Below the pieces are notes generated by a model that was not told the DNA's origin, did not search any database, and worked only from the letters and a program-made list of their open reading frames with translations. DNA of 64,000 nucleotides. Origin: an uncultured Gemmatimonadales bacterium. GTDB lineage: Bacteria; Gemmatimonadota; Gemmatimonadetes; Gemmatimonadales; GWC2-71-9. The stretch lies in contig CAVZZO010000001.1 of NCBI GenBank assembly GCA_963779755.1, forward strand, positions 1,440,001 to 1,504,000. Direction: 5' to 3'. Of this stretch, positions 1 to 9,287 are shown in pieces; within the stretch, counting starts at the first letter, position 1, and each line of letters begins with the position of its first letter. The translations under genes and the position numbers were made by a program.

Positions 1-609
1 CTGGGGAACGTGATCGGCGCCCTGTGGTTCTTCATGCTGTTCCTGGCGGCCATCACCAGCTCGCTCTCGATGTACCAGCCCGCGGTGGCCTTCATCGAGG
101 AGGCGCTGGGCGTCTCCCGCAACGTGGCCACGACCGCCATGGTGGTGATCGGCAGTATCGGGTCGTTCATGGTGATCTGGTTTACCAAGAACGGCACCTT
201 CTGGAGCACCATTGATTTCTGGGTGGGGACGTTCCTGATCTTCGTGATGGCGATGGTGGAGATCATCTACTTCAGCTGGGTCTTCGGAATCGACCGCGGC
301 TGGGTGGAGGCGCACGTCGGCTCGGCCATCCGGATTCCGCGGATCTACCGGTTTATCATGAAGTATGTCGCCCCGCTGTATCTGCTGGTGGTCTTCGTCG
401 GGTTCTGCTTTCAGAACCTGCCCGCCTCCTGGCAGGGCATCAAGGCCGATCCGGTGGTGCAGCTGGCGCTGGCCTTCATCGGAGTGGTCATCGTGATTCT
501 GCTGATAGTGCTCCGCTTCGGCGAGAAACGCTGGCGGGCGGCGGGACTCGATCTTGACGGCACCTCCCCGCCGGACGACGAGCTGGCCGGCGCCGGGGAG
601 GCCGCATGA
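1..609 (+). CDS. Sodium-dependent transporter, NSS/SNF family (5'-partial, C-terminal helices)
   Basis: Frame is open from base 1. FFMLFLAAITSSLSM, IDFW and KYVAP segments and several TM helices fit an NSS C-terminal half. Confidence 0.85.
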   Translation: MGNVIGALWFFMLFLAAITSSLSMYQPAVAFIEEALGVSRNVATTAMVVIGSIGSFMVIWFTKNGTFWSTIDFWVGTFLIFVMAMVEIIYFSWVFGIDRGWVEAHVGSAIRIPRIYRFIMKYVAPLYLLVVFVGFCFQNLPASWQGIKADPVVQLALAFIGVVIVILLIVLRFGEKRWRAAGLDLDGTSPPDDELAGAGEAA

Positions 610-743
610 CCACCATCGGCTGGATCTTCATGATCATTTCCGTTGGCGCCGTCTGGAGCCTGATGCTCTGGTGCTACTACAAGGTCCTGTCGGCGCCTCC
701 CGAGGATCACGTCGTCAAGCCGCCGGATTCGCTGGGAGGCTGA
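606..743 (+). CDS. 45-aa single-TM protein, probable MetS-like NSS transporter small subunit
   Basis: ATG overlaps the transporter TGA (ATGA). Translates as MTTIGWIFMIISVGAVWSLMLWCYYKVLSAPPEDHVVKPPDSLGG. Too short for the ORF track. Confidence 0.75.
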   Translation: MTTIGWIFMIISVGAVWSLMLWCYYKVLSAPPEDHVVKPPDSLGG

Positions 744-754
744 ATCGAGAAGAT

Positions 755-829
755 GACTGAGGACTGAGTTGCGGGCGACGAGGTGATCCCGAGCGCAGCG
801 AGGGATGACACTCGGCTCAGTCCACAGTC
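755..829. repeat. Inverted heptamer arms around a REP-like palindrome
   Basis: GACTGAG x2 (755-768) and CTCAGTC/CACAGTC (816-829) flank GTGATCCCGAGCGCAGCGAGGGATGAC (783-809), between convergent genes. Confidence 0.6.
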
Positions 830-2001
830 GTTTTCTCTTTTCTCTCGTCTCTTCGATACACCGCCACCCGCTGCACCCCCAGGCTGTCCTTCTCGATGGT
901 GATGATGTCGCCGGAGGGAAGAAAGGCGAGCGGGGCCGGGGCATTCTCCACGGTGCCCAGGTAGGCACCGTCCGGCCGGAAGAGGTCTACCCGGCGAGCT
1001 TCGTCCGGGAAGGTATGGCGCTGGATCCAGAGCGTGCCGTCCGGCGCGAACGCCATGGCCCCCTTGAGAACAGGCACCTCCGGCGCCATCCCGGTCTGCT
1101 GGGCGATCTCCTCCGGTGGGATGGTACAGGACTGCTGACCGATCTGCATGGTCTGTCCATCGCCCAGCTCCCGCCGGGCGAGATCCAGCGTCGCGGCTTT
1201 CGGCGTGATGTTCCGGCGAATGCTCAACGCCAGGTGTCCATCCCGGTAGATATCCGCCACGTACTCCGGGGTCATGACGCTCGCCACCCGTCCGGCGGCG
1301 GCCGCCCAGATGGGAAAGCTGGCGAACACCGGGGCCGCGGCATACGCCACGTGACAGCTGGCGAAACTGGCGTCCCTGGCCTGAATGACCGGGCTCTCTG
1401 CCAGCAAGGTCGTATCGCCTTCGGTAGCGACCGCCAGCCGGTAGTACTGTTCCAGCGTCCTCCGGTTGTCCACCCGATCAAGCAGGATCATGGTGTCGCC
1501 CGCCAGCGCGCGGACCGCCTGCGGGCCTGGCAGGGTGGTGCGAATTTCCGGCAGCGGGTTGCCGCCGGGATCGAAGCGCACGAAGGCGCTCTTCCCGGCG
1601 TCCATGACCCAGGTCGTCCCCGCCGGATCGATGGTTACCTGGAAGGGCAGTACGAACTCCCCCGGCCCGCCGCCCCGGCGTCCCAGGGTGCGGGACCAGG
1701 CACCGGTGCTGTCGAAGAACACCAGGCGATTGTGCTCATTGTCCAGCACGGCGAGGCCGCCGGTGGCGCTGGGAGTGACCTGGCCGGGAAAGAGACGGGT
1801 GAAGGAGGCGACACCGTTCTCCTCGCCGCCGAGCACGACGCGCCGGCGGAAGGACCAGCCGAGGAGGGAGTCCTGCCCGGTGTTCTCGACGATGCGGACG
1901 CCGGCGGAATCGCTGATCCTGGCCGAGGTAGTGTGGGTCGTCTCGCCGCCACAACCGGCCAGGGCCAGCAACAGAGTCAACCTGATCCAGGTTCCCGTCA
2001 C
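817..2001 (-). CDS. 6-bladed beta-propeller (NHL-like) lipoprotein
   Basis: GTG at 2001 with GAGGA SD; lipobox LAGC; GRRGGGPGEF and FRPDGAYLG propeller motifs. Confidence 0.75.
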   Translation of the reverse strand: MTGTWIRLTLLLALAGCGGETTHTTSARISDSAGVRIVENTGQDSLLGWSFRRRVVLGGEENGVASFTRLFPGQVTPSATGGLAVLDNEHNRLVFFDSTGAWSRTLGRRGGGPGEFVLPFQVTIDPAGTTWVMDAGKSAFVRFDPGGNPLPEIRTTLPGPQAVRALAGDTMILLDRVDNRRTLEQYYRLAVATEGDTTLLAESPVIQARDASFASCHVAYAAAPVFASFPIWAAAAGRVASVMTPEYVADIYRDGHLALSIRRNITPKAATLDLARRELGDGQTMQIGQQSCTIPPEEIAQQTGMAPEVPVLKGAMAFAPDGTLWIQRHTFPDEARRVDLFRPDGAYLGTVENAPAPLAFLPSGDIITIEKDSLGVQRVAVYRRDERKEKTTVD

Positions 2002-2144
2002 AAGAATCCTCGCAATTCTCAGGCCTCGCACCCGGCGCTCGAGCCGGGATGCCGGCTCCGGCGGCACCGGTACCACTCCGCCCCTCTCCGGTTCGGTGGT
2101 GCCAGGGCCGGCACCCCCGGTCCTCGCGCCGGAAGAGCTTCCGG

Positions 2145-2172
2145 CTCAGTCCTCAGTCCCCGGCCCTCAGCC
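2145..2172. repeat. Heptamer tandem repeat (CTCAGTC-like x4)
   Basis: CTCAGTC CTCAGTC CCCGGCC CTCAGCC, overlapping the stop of the Fpg-like gene. Confidence 0.6.
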
Positions 2173-3064
2173 CTTTCCGCTCTTCCATCTCTTCCAGCGA
2201 TCTGGGCCAGTCGCGCTTCAGGAGCCGTGAGAGCGCGCGGTCGGCCAGCAGCCGTCCCCCGGTCTGGCAGGTGGCGCAGTAGTTGGTCTCGTTATCGGCA
2301 TAGCGGATGCGCTGCACCGGAGTTCCGCATACCGGGCAGGGTTGACCGTACCGTCCATGGACCGCCATGCCCTCCCGGAACGCGGTCACCTTTTCCGGGA
2401 GCCCCGTTCCCGTGCCGGTTCTGATCCGCTCGGTCCATTCGCGCAGCACGTCCCGGGTGCCGGCATACAACCGCTCGATCTCCGGTTGGTCAAGCTGCCG
2501 GGTGAGGCGCACCGGTGAGAGGCGCGCCCGGTGCAGAATCTCATCGGAATAGGCGTTGCCGATTCCGCTCAGCAGCCGGGGATCGGTGAGCGCCCGTTTG
2601 AGCGTGTGGTTCTCCCGCAGCAGGGCCTCACGAAAGACCTCGAGGCCGGCCTCCAGCGGCTCGACCCCTCCCCGGTCGAAGGCGGCGAGCGCGGCCGCTC
2701 CCTGCACCAGATGCAGCGAGGCCCGCTTCCTGGTGCCGGCCTCCGTCAGGAGAAGCGTACCGTCCGGAAAGTCGAAGGCCGCCAGGCCGAGGCGCCGCGG
2801 GAGGGGCGCCGCGGGCGGCTTCCAGTGGAGCCGCCCGGCGATCATCAGGTGGATCACGAGGAAGAGGCCGTCCTCCAGCTCCAGCACGATCCGCTTTCCC
2901 AGCCGGCGAACCGACCGCACCGGCTTTCCCGAGGCTACCGCGAGCGGCGGATCCACGCTGCGGAGCAGAAAGGGGCTGCCCAGGCGGACCTGCTGGAGTG
3001 CCTGGCCGGTGAACAGCTCCCGCAGGCGCTCCACGTAGACGGTGACGTCGGGGAGCTCGGGCAT
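2153..3064 (-). CDS. Fpg/Nei family DNA glycosylase/AP lyase
   Basis: N-terminal PELPDV, RRLGK, HLMIAG, H2TH motif GIGNAYSDEIL and zinc finger CPVC...CATCQ. Confidence 0.9.
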   Translation of the reverse strand: MPELPDVTVYVERLRELFTGQALQQVRLGSPFLLRSVDPPLAVASGKPVRSVRRLGKRIVLELEDGLFLVIHLMIAGRLHWKPPAAPLPRRLGLAAFDFPDGTLLLTEAGTRKRASLHLVQGAAALAAFDRGGVEPLEAGLEVFREALLRENHTLKRALTDPRLLSGIGNAYSDEILHRARLSPVRLTRQLDQPEIERLYAGTRDVLREWTERIRTGTGTGLPEKVTAFREGMAVHGRYGQPCPVCGTPVQRIRYADNETNYCATCQTGGRLLADRALSRLLKRDWPRSLEEMEERKGLRAGD

Positions 3065-3068
3065 TAAC

Positions 3069-3104
3069 GAGTGGGCAGGCTGGGCAGAGTGGGCAGAGTG
3101 GGCA
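3069..3104. repeat. 9-mer tandem repeat (GAGTGGGCA x4, one variant)
   Basis: Directly visible in the GNAT-Fpg intergenic gap. Confidence 0.75.
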
Positions 3105-3113
3105 CGCGCTGCC

Positions 3114-3812
3114 TCAGTCTGCTGGCTTCAGCCCCCCGCCCCCGATGGCGCGTGCCTGCGCCTCCTGGTCTTCCGGGCGGGCGGCCTGCGGGTTGATCCA
3201 TTCGATGACGGCCGCCCAGCCAAGGCTCTCGGGGTCGTGCCGGAGATAGCCGGGGATGACCGCCAGGACCCGGAAGCCGTGTTTCAACTGGAAGCTGAGG
3301 GTAGGATCCGTGAGCTTGCCGGCGACGATCCGGCGGACGTACTCGTCGGCCGGCATCCGGTTGGCGCAGGTGTGATAGCCCCGCAGCCGGGCGCCGGCCC
3401 GGATGCGCCGCAGACCCAGACGTTCGGTGAGCTCGCGCCGGGCGGTGTAGAGTTTTCGTCCGATCCCCTGCCGCTGGCGGGCCGGGTCGACCATCACTTC
3501 CGCGCCGTAGAGGGTATGGCCTTCGGGATCGTGATTGGTGAAATACCCGCCGTCGGTGAAGTCGCGCCAGGTGCCGTGCATCTCGTAATCGTCCCACAGG
3601 ACGATGAGGCTGGCGGCCATGCCCACGATCTCCCCGCTGGCAGAGTCGAAGGCGACCAGCTGTCCCTCGGGGAACACGCGCAGATGGCTCTCCAGCTGGT
3701 CTTCGGTCCAGGACGGCGAGTCGGGATAGACCCGCCGGGAGAGCGCGATGATCCCCGGAAAATCCTCGCGCCGGGTGGGCCGCACGCCGATGGCTGGCCG
3801 GTGTGCCGTCAC
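3114..3812 (-). CDS. GNAT family N-acetyltransferase (YhcX-like)
   Basis: FPEGQLVA, LYGAEVMVDP, acetyl-CoA motif QRQGIGRKL, DPTLSFQL. Start overlaps the upstream stop. Confidence 0.85.
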   Translation of the reverse strand: MTAHRPAIGVRPTRREDFPGIIALSRRVYPDSPSWTEDQLESHLRVFPEGQLVAFDSASGEIVGMAASLIVLWDDYEMHGTWRDFTDGGYFTNHDPEGHTLYGAEVMVDPARQRQGIGRKLYTARRELTERLGLRRIRAGARLRGYHTCANRMPADEYVRRIVAGKLTDPTLSFQLKHGFRVLAVIPGYLRHDPESLGWAAVIEWINPQAARPEDQEAQARAIGGGGLKPAD

Positions 3813-4696
3813 AGGGTGACCACCTCCACTTTGCCCATGGCCTCGTTGGTGCGGAGACTGTCCAGGAGCGGGATCACGGTGCCGCTCGAGCGGGTGTCGA
3901 GAATGGTCTTCATGTTGAGCTCCCCGATGACCATGGACTCCTGGTTCGGATTGCCCTCGGCGAGAATGCCGTCGCGCGAAAAGGCGAAGTCGCTGGGCGT
4001 CAGAATGGACGCCTGCCCGTAATTCAGGGAGACGGCGGGAACCATCGGCAGTGAGCCGACCGTGCTGGCCTGGATCACGTACATCTGGTTCTCGATGGCC
4101 CGCGCCTGCGCGCAGTAGCGCACCCGGAGGAATCCCTGCCGCTCATCGGTGCAGCTGGGCACGATGAGCACGTGCGCCCCGTGCCGCGCGGCAGCCCGGG
4201 CGATCTCGGGAAATTCCACGTCGTAGCAGACGGCGATCGCCATGGGGCCGAAGTCCGTCTCGAAGATCTTGACGTCGGATCGGGGAGAGACATGCCATTC
4301 CTCCGTCTCGAACCGGGTCATGTGAATCTTGCCCTGGACGCCGCAATCGCCGCGAGGATTGAAGAAGAAGCACTCGTTGTGCACCGTGTCGGTGGAGGGA
4401 TCGTGCACCGGAATGGTGCCGCCCACGATGTAGATCCCGTGCTTCCGGGCCAGCGAGGCCATCAGCTCCCGGTAGCGGGGCAGCTGGCCGGCCAGGGCGC
4501 GGATCTGCACGTCGATGGGGCGCTTGACGTCGGCCAGCGTGAGCAGTTGCACGGTGAAATACTCGGGGAAAACCATCAGGTGGCAGCGGTAATCCGCGGC
4601 GGTGTCCGCCAGCGCCGCGACCTGGTCACGGAACTGATCGAAGGTCTGCACGGGCCGGATGTAATACTGCAGGGCGGCGACCCGGATGCGCTCCAT
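3809..4696 (-). CDS. Carbon-nitrogen hydrolase (nitrilase superfamily)
   Basis: Catalytic E-K-C motifs FPEYF, GKIH and VCYDVEFPE, plus ARAIENQ. ATG at 4696 with GAGGAG SD. Confidence 0.9.
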   Translation of the reverse strand: MERIRVAALQYYIRPVQTFDQFRDQVAALADTAADYRCHLMVFPEYFTVQLLTLADVKRPIDVQIRALAGQLPRYRELMASLARKHGIYIVGGTIPVHDPSTDTVHNECFFFNPRGDCGVQGKIHMTRFETEEWHVSPRSDVKIFETDFGPMAIAVCYDVEFPEIARAAARHGAHVLIVPSCTDERQGFLRVRYCAQARAIENQMYVIQASTVGSLPMVPAVSLNYGQASILTPSDFAFSRDGILAEGNPNQESMVIGELNMKTILDTRSSGTVIPLLDSLRTNEAMGKVEVVTL

Positions 4697-4744
4697 GGCA
4701 CTCCTCGGCGGGGGGCGGGCGTCATGCCGGCGGGTTCGAAAGCA

Positions 4745-4815
4745 AAGGTCGAAGGTCAAACTCGATCCCGCGGCGGTCTCGACTTCGACGTTCGACCCTG
4801 GACCTTCGACCTTTT
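4745..4815. repeat. Inverted heptamer arrays (GGTCGAA / TTCGACC)
   Basis: AAGGTCGAAGGTCAAA ... TTCGACG TTCGACC CTGGACC TTCGACC; can form a hairpin. Confidence 0.65.
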
Positions 4816-4849
4816 GAAACTAGGGCGATTCTCCGGTGAGAGGTAGGGC

Positions 4850-5710
4850 TTATGCGGGTTGCCGGGCTCGCCCCAAGGTCACCATCGTACCACTGGCGAT
4901 GACCAGCGCCGCGCCGGCCAGCTGCAGCGCGCTCACCGGTTCCACAAATACGGGCAGGGCAAAGACATAGGTCAACATGACACTGACGTAGTTGAGCGCG
5001 CTCATGCGGGCCGCGCGGTCCCGGGCGTAGGCGCGCGTCATGGCGATCTGGGCCAGCCCTCCCGCGATCCCGGTCCCCAGGAGGTAGAGCGCCCCGGCGC
5101 GGTCGGGCAGGCGCAACACCGGCAGAGAGATCAGCGCCATGGTCACGCCGGCCGTGAGCGAGAAGTGGAGTGCCACCGCTTCGGCGCTCTCCCGCTGCCC
5201 GATCCGCCGCAGCCAGATCATGGCGAGCGCATAGAAGACCGCGGCCAGCGTGGCGATGACGGCGATCGGCAACGCCGTGGCGAACGAGGGCTGGACGACC
5301 AGAGCCACCCCGGTGAAGGCAATGAGCACCGCGAGACCCACGTGCCGTCCCACGCGCTCACCCAGCAGGGGAGCCGACAGGAGCGCAACGAAGATGGGCC
5401 CCGTGGCACTCAGGGTGGCGGCATCGCCCACGGCGACACGGGGACTGCCCAGCGCATAGAAGACCCCCAGCGCCGAGATGGTGCCGAAGATGCTGCGGCC
5501 CCAGGCGGTGCGGCGGTCGCGGATGCGCAACGGCGCGCCGGTGGCCAGGGCCACGGGAATCACCAGCAGGCCACCCACCAGGAAACGCGCGGCCGCCACC
5601 TCCGACCAGGGCAGTTCGGCGGCGCCCAGGCGGGTAAGGACGTTCATTGCCGCGAACATGACCTGCGCGCCCAACATCCAGAGAGCGGCGGCAAGGGGAC
5701 GGTTGCGCAT
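4850..5710 (-). CDS. DMT/EamA family transporter
   Basis: About 10 TM helices in two EamA-like halves; LSAPLLGER motif. Confidence 0.9.
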   Translation of the reverse strand: MRNRPLAAALWMLGAQVMFAAMNVLTRLGAAELPWSEVAAARFLVGGLLVIPVALATGAPLRIRDRRTAWGRSIFGTISALGVFYALGSPRVAVGDAATLSATGPIFVALLSAPLLGERVGRHVGLAVLIAFTGVALVVQPSFATALPIAVIATLAAVFYALAMIWLRRIGQRESAEAVALHFSLTAGVTMALISLPVLRLPDRAGALYLLGTGIAGGLAQIAMTRAYARDRAARMSALNYVSVMLTYVFALPVFVEPVSALQLAGAALVIASGTMVTLGRARQPA

Positions 5711-5719
5711 GGCGGCAGG

Positions 5720-5729
5720 AAGATATCTT
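5720..5729. promoter_or_regulatory. Palindromic bidirectional -10 element (AAGATATCTT)
   Basis: Gives TATCTT on both strands, 6 nt before the alkA ATG and 9 nt before the DMT ATG. No SD before either gene. Confidence 0.5.
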
Positions 5730-5735
5730 TCCCCG

Positions 5736-6377
5736 ATGCCCGCACCAGCCTACGACCTTCGCGTCGCCGAGCGTCACCTCACCGCGGCCGACCCGGCGCT
5801 CGGCCGCTTCATCAGCCGTTTCGGCCGCTGCCGGCTGGAATTGGACACCGCCGGCACCACCTTCCGCGCCCTGGCCGAATCCATCGCCTATCAGCAGCTC
5901 ACGGGCAAGGCGGCCGCCACCATCTTCGGGCGGCTGGAGGGGCTGTTTCCCCGCCGGAAACTCCGGCCGGCCGCCCTGTTGGCCCTGCCGGAGGAGGCCC
6001 TGCGGGGGGCGGGACTGTCCCGGGCCAAGGTCGCCGCGATGCGCGACCTGGCCCGGCGCACCCTGGACCGGACCGTGCCCACGCTGGCCCGCCTCCAGCG
6101 CATGGAGGACGAGGAGGTCATCGAGCGGCTGGTGCAGGTGCGGGGCGTCGGGCGCTGGACGGTGGAGATGCTGCTGATCTTCGTGCTGGGCCGGCCCGAT
6201 GTCTGGCCCCTCAACGACTACGGCGTGCAGAAGGGGTTCCAGCGGATCTACGGCCACCGCAAGCTGCCGAGCAGGACCAGGCTCATCCGGCAGAGCCGGC
6301 GCTGGCGGCCGTACCGCTCGGTGGCGGCGTGGTACTTCTGGCGCGCAGCGGAGGAACGGCGGGACGACGCGGGGTGA
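5736..6377 (+). CDS. alkA: DNA-3-methyladenine glycosylase II (AlkA, HhH-GPD family)
   Basis: SIAYQQL, GLSRAK, HhH motif VRGVGRWT, DVWPLND, WRPYRS. True start is ATG 5736, inside a longer track ORF. Confidence 0.85.
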   Translation: MPAPAYDLRVAERHLTAADPALGRFISRFGRCRLELDTAGTTFRALAESIAYQQLTGKAAATIFGRLEGLFPRRKLRPAALLALPEEALRGAGLSRAKVAAMRDLARRTLDRTVPTLARLQRMEDEEVIERLVQVRGVGRWTVEMLLIFVLGRPDVWPLNDYGVQKGFQRIYGHRKLPSRTRLIRQSRRWRPYRSVAAWYFWRAAEERRDDAG

Positions 6378-6384
6378 GCCGCTT

Positions 6385-9183
6385 TCAGCCGGCCCTGGCC
6401 TCGTCCGGCTCCTGCAGGGCCTCGCGCAGGTAGCGCCCGGTATGCGAGGCCGGTGTGGCGGCCACCGTCTCCGGCGTGCCCTGCACCACGAGGCGCCCTC
6501 CCTCCGGGCCTGCCTCGGGCCCCAGGTCGATCACCCAGTCGGCCCGTTTGATGATGTCCAGGTGGTGCTCGATCACCACCACGGTATGTCCGGCGTCCAC
6601 CAGACGGTCCAGCACCTGGATAAGCACCCGGACGTCGTCCAGATGAAGGCCGGTAGTCGGCTCGTCCAGGATGTACAGCTTGCGGCCGGCGCGTTTCTTC
6701 GCCGCCAGCAGCTCGCGGGCGATCTTGAGGCGCTGGGCCTCGCCACCCGAAAGAGTGGTGGCCGGCTGGCCCAGCCGGAGATACCCGAGGCCCACCTGCT
6801 GCAGCTGCCAGAGCGCGGCGCCCAGGCGGGGCTGATGGCGGAACCGGGCGATGGCCTCGTTCACGCTCCACTGCAGCACGTCGTGGATTGAGTTGCCCCG
6901 GATCTTGATATCCAGCACCTCGCGCCTGTAGCGGCTGCCCCCGCAGGTTTCGCAGGGCACGAAGACGTCGGCCAGGAAGACCATCTCCACCTGCACGAAC
7001 CCCGCCCCCTCGCACTCGTCGCAGCGGCCGCCCGGCAGATTGAAGCTGAAGGTGGCCGCGGTATAGCCCCGGCGGCGGGACTCCGGCTCGGCCGCGAACA
7101 ACTCGCGGATTTCGTCGAATGCCTTGATGTAGGTGACCGGATTGGAGCGGGGCGAGCGGCCGATGGGCGACTGGTCGACCAGGACGACATCTTCCACCTG
7201 TTCCCAGCCGGTGAGGGTCCTGACCTCGCCCACGGCCTCGCCCAGGTGGCTCTTGGCGGAATGGTTGCCGCGCAGCCGCCCCTCCAGCTGGCGGTAGAGC
7301 ACGTCGTGCACCAGGGTGCTCTTGCCCGATCCCGACACGCCGGTGACGGCCGTGAGCGCGCCCAGCGGAATGTCCACTCCCACGTCCTGCAGGTTGTGCA
7401 GGGTGGCCCCGCGCATCCGGATCCATTGCGGCCCCGCGTGCCGCCGCATGGAAGGCGTGCCGATGCGCTTGAGCCCCGACAGGTACTGCGCCGTGAGCGA
7501 GTTGTGGGCCTCCGCCACCGGGCCGGCGTACACCAGCTGACCTCCGTGCTCGCCGGCGCCCGGGCCCAGCTCGACCATGAAATCGGCCTGCCGGATGGCG
7601 GCGGGGTCGTGCTCCACCACCACCACGGTGTTGCCCTGATCGCGGAGCCGGCGCAGCAGGCCCAGGAGCCGGTCGATGTCGCGCGGGTGCAGGCCGATGG
7701 AAGGCTCGTCGAGGACATACAGCGTATCCACCAGGCGGGAGCCCAGCGCGTTGGCCAGGGCGATGCGCTGGGCCTCGCCGCCGGAGAGGGTGCGGGTCTG
7801 CCGGTCGAGCGTCAGATAGCCGAGCCCCACATCGCGCAGGAACTGGATGCGGCCGGCCAGCTCGTCGAGAATCAGATGCGCCAGCTGCCGCTCGAAGGGG
7901 CTCAACGAGAGCCCGGCCAGCCAGCCGGCCAGCTGATCCACCGAGCGGCTGGAGACCTGGCCCAGGTGTTCGCCGTTCACCAGAACCGAGCGCGCCTGCT
8001 CGTTGAGGCGGCTGCCGCCGCAGGCGGGGCAGGTGAGCGCCAGCTGGTACTGCCGGAGGAACACCCGGATGTACTGCTTGTAGCGCTTCTGCTCCAGGTC
8101 CTTGAGGAACGGGAAGATGCCCACGTAGCGGCCGCTCCGGCCGTGGAGCAGCTCGCGCCGGTCCGCTGCCTTGATCTTCGACCAGGGGCGGTGCGGATCG
8201 ATCCCGAGCTTTCGGGCCATGTCGCGCAGCAGCCGGCGCCGGCCGTCGTATCGCGGCTTGGTCCAGGGGTCGATGGCGCCCTCGGCCAGGCTGCGAGACG
8301 GGTCGGGGATGATCAGCGACTCGTCGTACTCCAGCACGGCGCCGAATCCGTTGCAGCCGGCGCAGGCGCCCCGCGGGTTGTTGAAGGAAAAGAGCGCGGG
8401 CGTCACCACCGCCGCAGGAGTGTCGCAGGCGCTGCAGGCGGGCGACTCGGAGAACCGCAGGCGGCCGCCCTGGTGCAGCACCAGGGCGATGCCTTCGCCC
8501 TCCTGGAAGGCAGTGCTGATCGCGTCGACCAGGCGGGTCCGGTCCGTATCGGTGGTCAGCCGGTCGACCACCACCAGCACGTCGCCGGCCGCGGCCAGAT
8601 CGAGCCCGGGCGGCGGTTCCTCGAGGTGCACCGGTGCCCCGTCGGCCAGCAGACGGATGAACCCCATGGCCCGGAGGTTCTCCATCACGCTTTCGTGGGT
8701 TCGCCGGGCTTCGGCCGCCAGCGGAAAGGCGATCTGGATCCGCCCGCTGGCGCGTTCCAGCACGCTGTCGGCGGCCGACTGCGGCGTGTCGCGCCGGACC
8801 GGCGCGCCGCAACCGCGGCAGACCTGGCGCCCGATACGGGCAAAGAGCAGGCGGAGGAAGTCGTGGACTTCGGTGGCGGTGCCCACGGTGGAGCGGCTGG
8901 ATACCGCCGGATTGCGCTGTTCGATGGCTACGGCCGGGGCGATGCCTTCCAGCCGGTCGACCAGCGGCTTGGGCATGCGGTCGAGGAACTGTTTGGCGTA
9001 GGTGCTCAGCGATTCGATATACCGGCGCTGGCCCTCGGCGTAGAGCGTCTCGAAGGCGAGCGAGCTCTTGCCCGACCCGGAGGGGCCGGTCACCACCGTG
9101 AGGGCCCGGCGGGGAAGCTCGACGGTAATACCGCGCAGGTTGTTCTGGCGGGCGTTGACGATACGGACGACGGGGTTGGACAT
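6385..9183 (-). CDS. uvrA: Excinuclease ABC subunit A
   Basis: Two ABC cassettes (GPSGSGKSS, GVSGSGKST, LSGGEAQR x2), EGQRRYIESLS and CxxC zinc modules. Confidence 0.95.
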   Translation of the reverse strand: MSNPVVRIVNARQNNLRGITVELPRRALTVVTGPSGSGKSSLAFETLYAEGQRRYIESLSTYAKQFLDRMPKPLVDRLEGIAPAVAIEQRNPAVSSRSTVGTATEVHDFLRLLFARIGRQVCRGCGAPVRRDTPQSAADSVLERASGRIQIAFPLAAEARRTHESVMENLRAMGFIRLLADGAPVHLEEPPPGLDLAAAGDVLVVVDRLTTDTDRTRLVDAISTAFQEGEGIALVLHQGGRLRFSESPACSACDTPAAVVTPALFSFNNPRGACAGCNGFGAVLEYDESLIIPDPSRSLAEGAIDPWTKPRYDGRRRLLRDMARKLGIDPHRPWSKIKAADRRELLHGRSGRYVGIFPFLKDLEQKRYKQYIRVFLRQYQLALTCPACGGSRLNEQARSVLVNGEHLGQVSSRSVDQLAGWLAGLSLSPFERQLAHLILDELAGRIQFLRDVGLGYLTLDRQTRTLSGGEAQRIALANALGSRLVDTLYVLDEPSIGLHPRDIDRLLGLLRRLRDQGNTVVVVEHDPAAIRQADFMVELGPGAGEHGGQLVYAGPVAEAHNSLTAQYLSGLKRIGTPSMRRHAGPQWIRMRGATLHNLQDVGVDIPLGALTAVTGVSGSGKSTLVHDVLYRQLEGRLRGNHSAKSHLGEAVGEVRTLTGWEQVEDVVLVDQSPIGRSPRSNPVTYIKAFDEIRELFAAEPESRRRGYTAATFSFNLPGGRCDECEGAGFVQVEMVFLADVFVPCETCGGSRYRREVLDIKIRGNSIHDVLQWSVNEAIARFRHQPRLGAALWQLQQVGLGYLRLGQPATTLSGGEAQRLKIARELLAAKKRAGRKLYILDEPTTGLHLDDVRVLIQVLDRLVDAGHTVVVIEHHLDIIKRADWVIDLGPEAGPEGGRLVVQGTPETVAATPASHTGRYLREALQEPDEARAG

Positions 9184-9287
9184 CGCTGGTAGGCGAAAAA
9201 TAGTCCCCTCGCTCCGGCGGGAACAGGGAACCCGGCCGCCGCCCGCCTCTTCCCCGATCTCCGGGTCGGGCCTACGTTTCCGGCCTA

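Noticed and set aside
805..2424. 539-aa plus-strand ORF, and similar long R/G/P-rich ORFs (6248-8812, 7246-9192, 39413-41728, 54507-56855)
   Set aside because: They overlap well-supported genes in other frames or on the other strand and have no recognisable domains.
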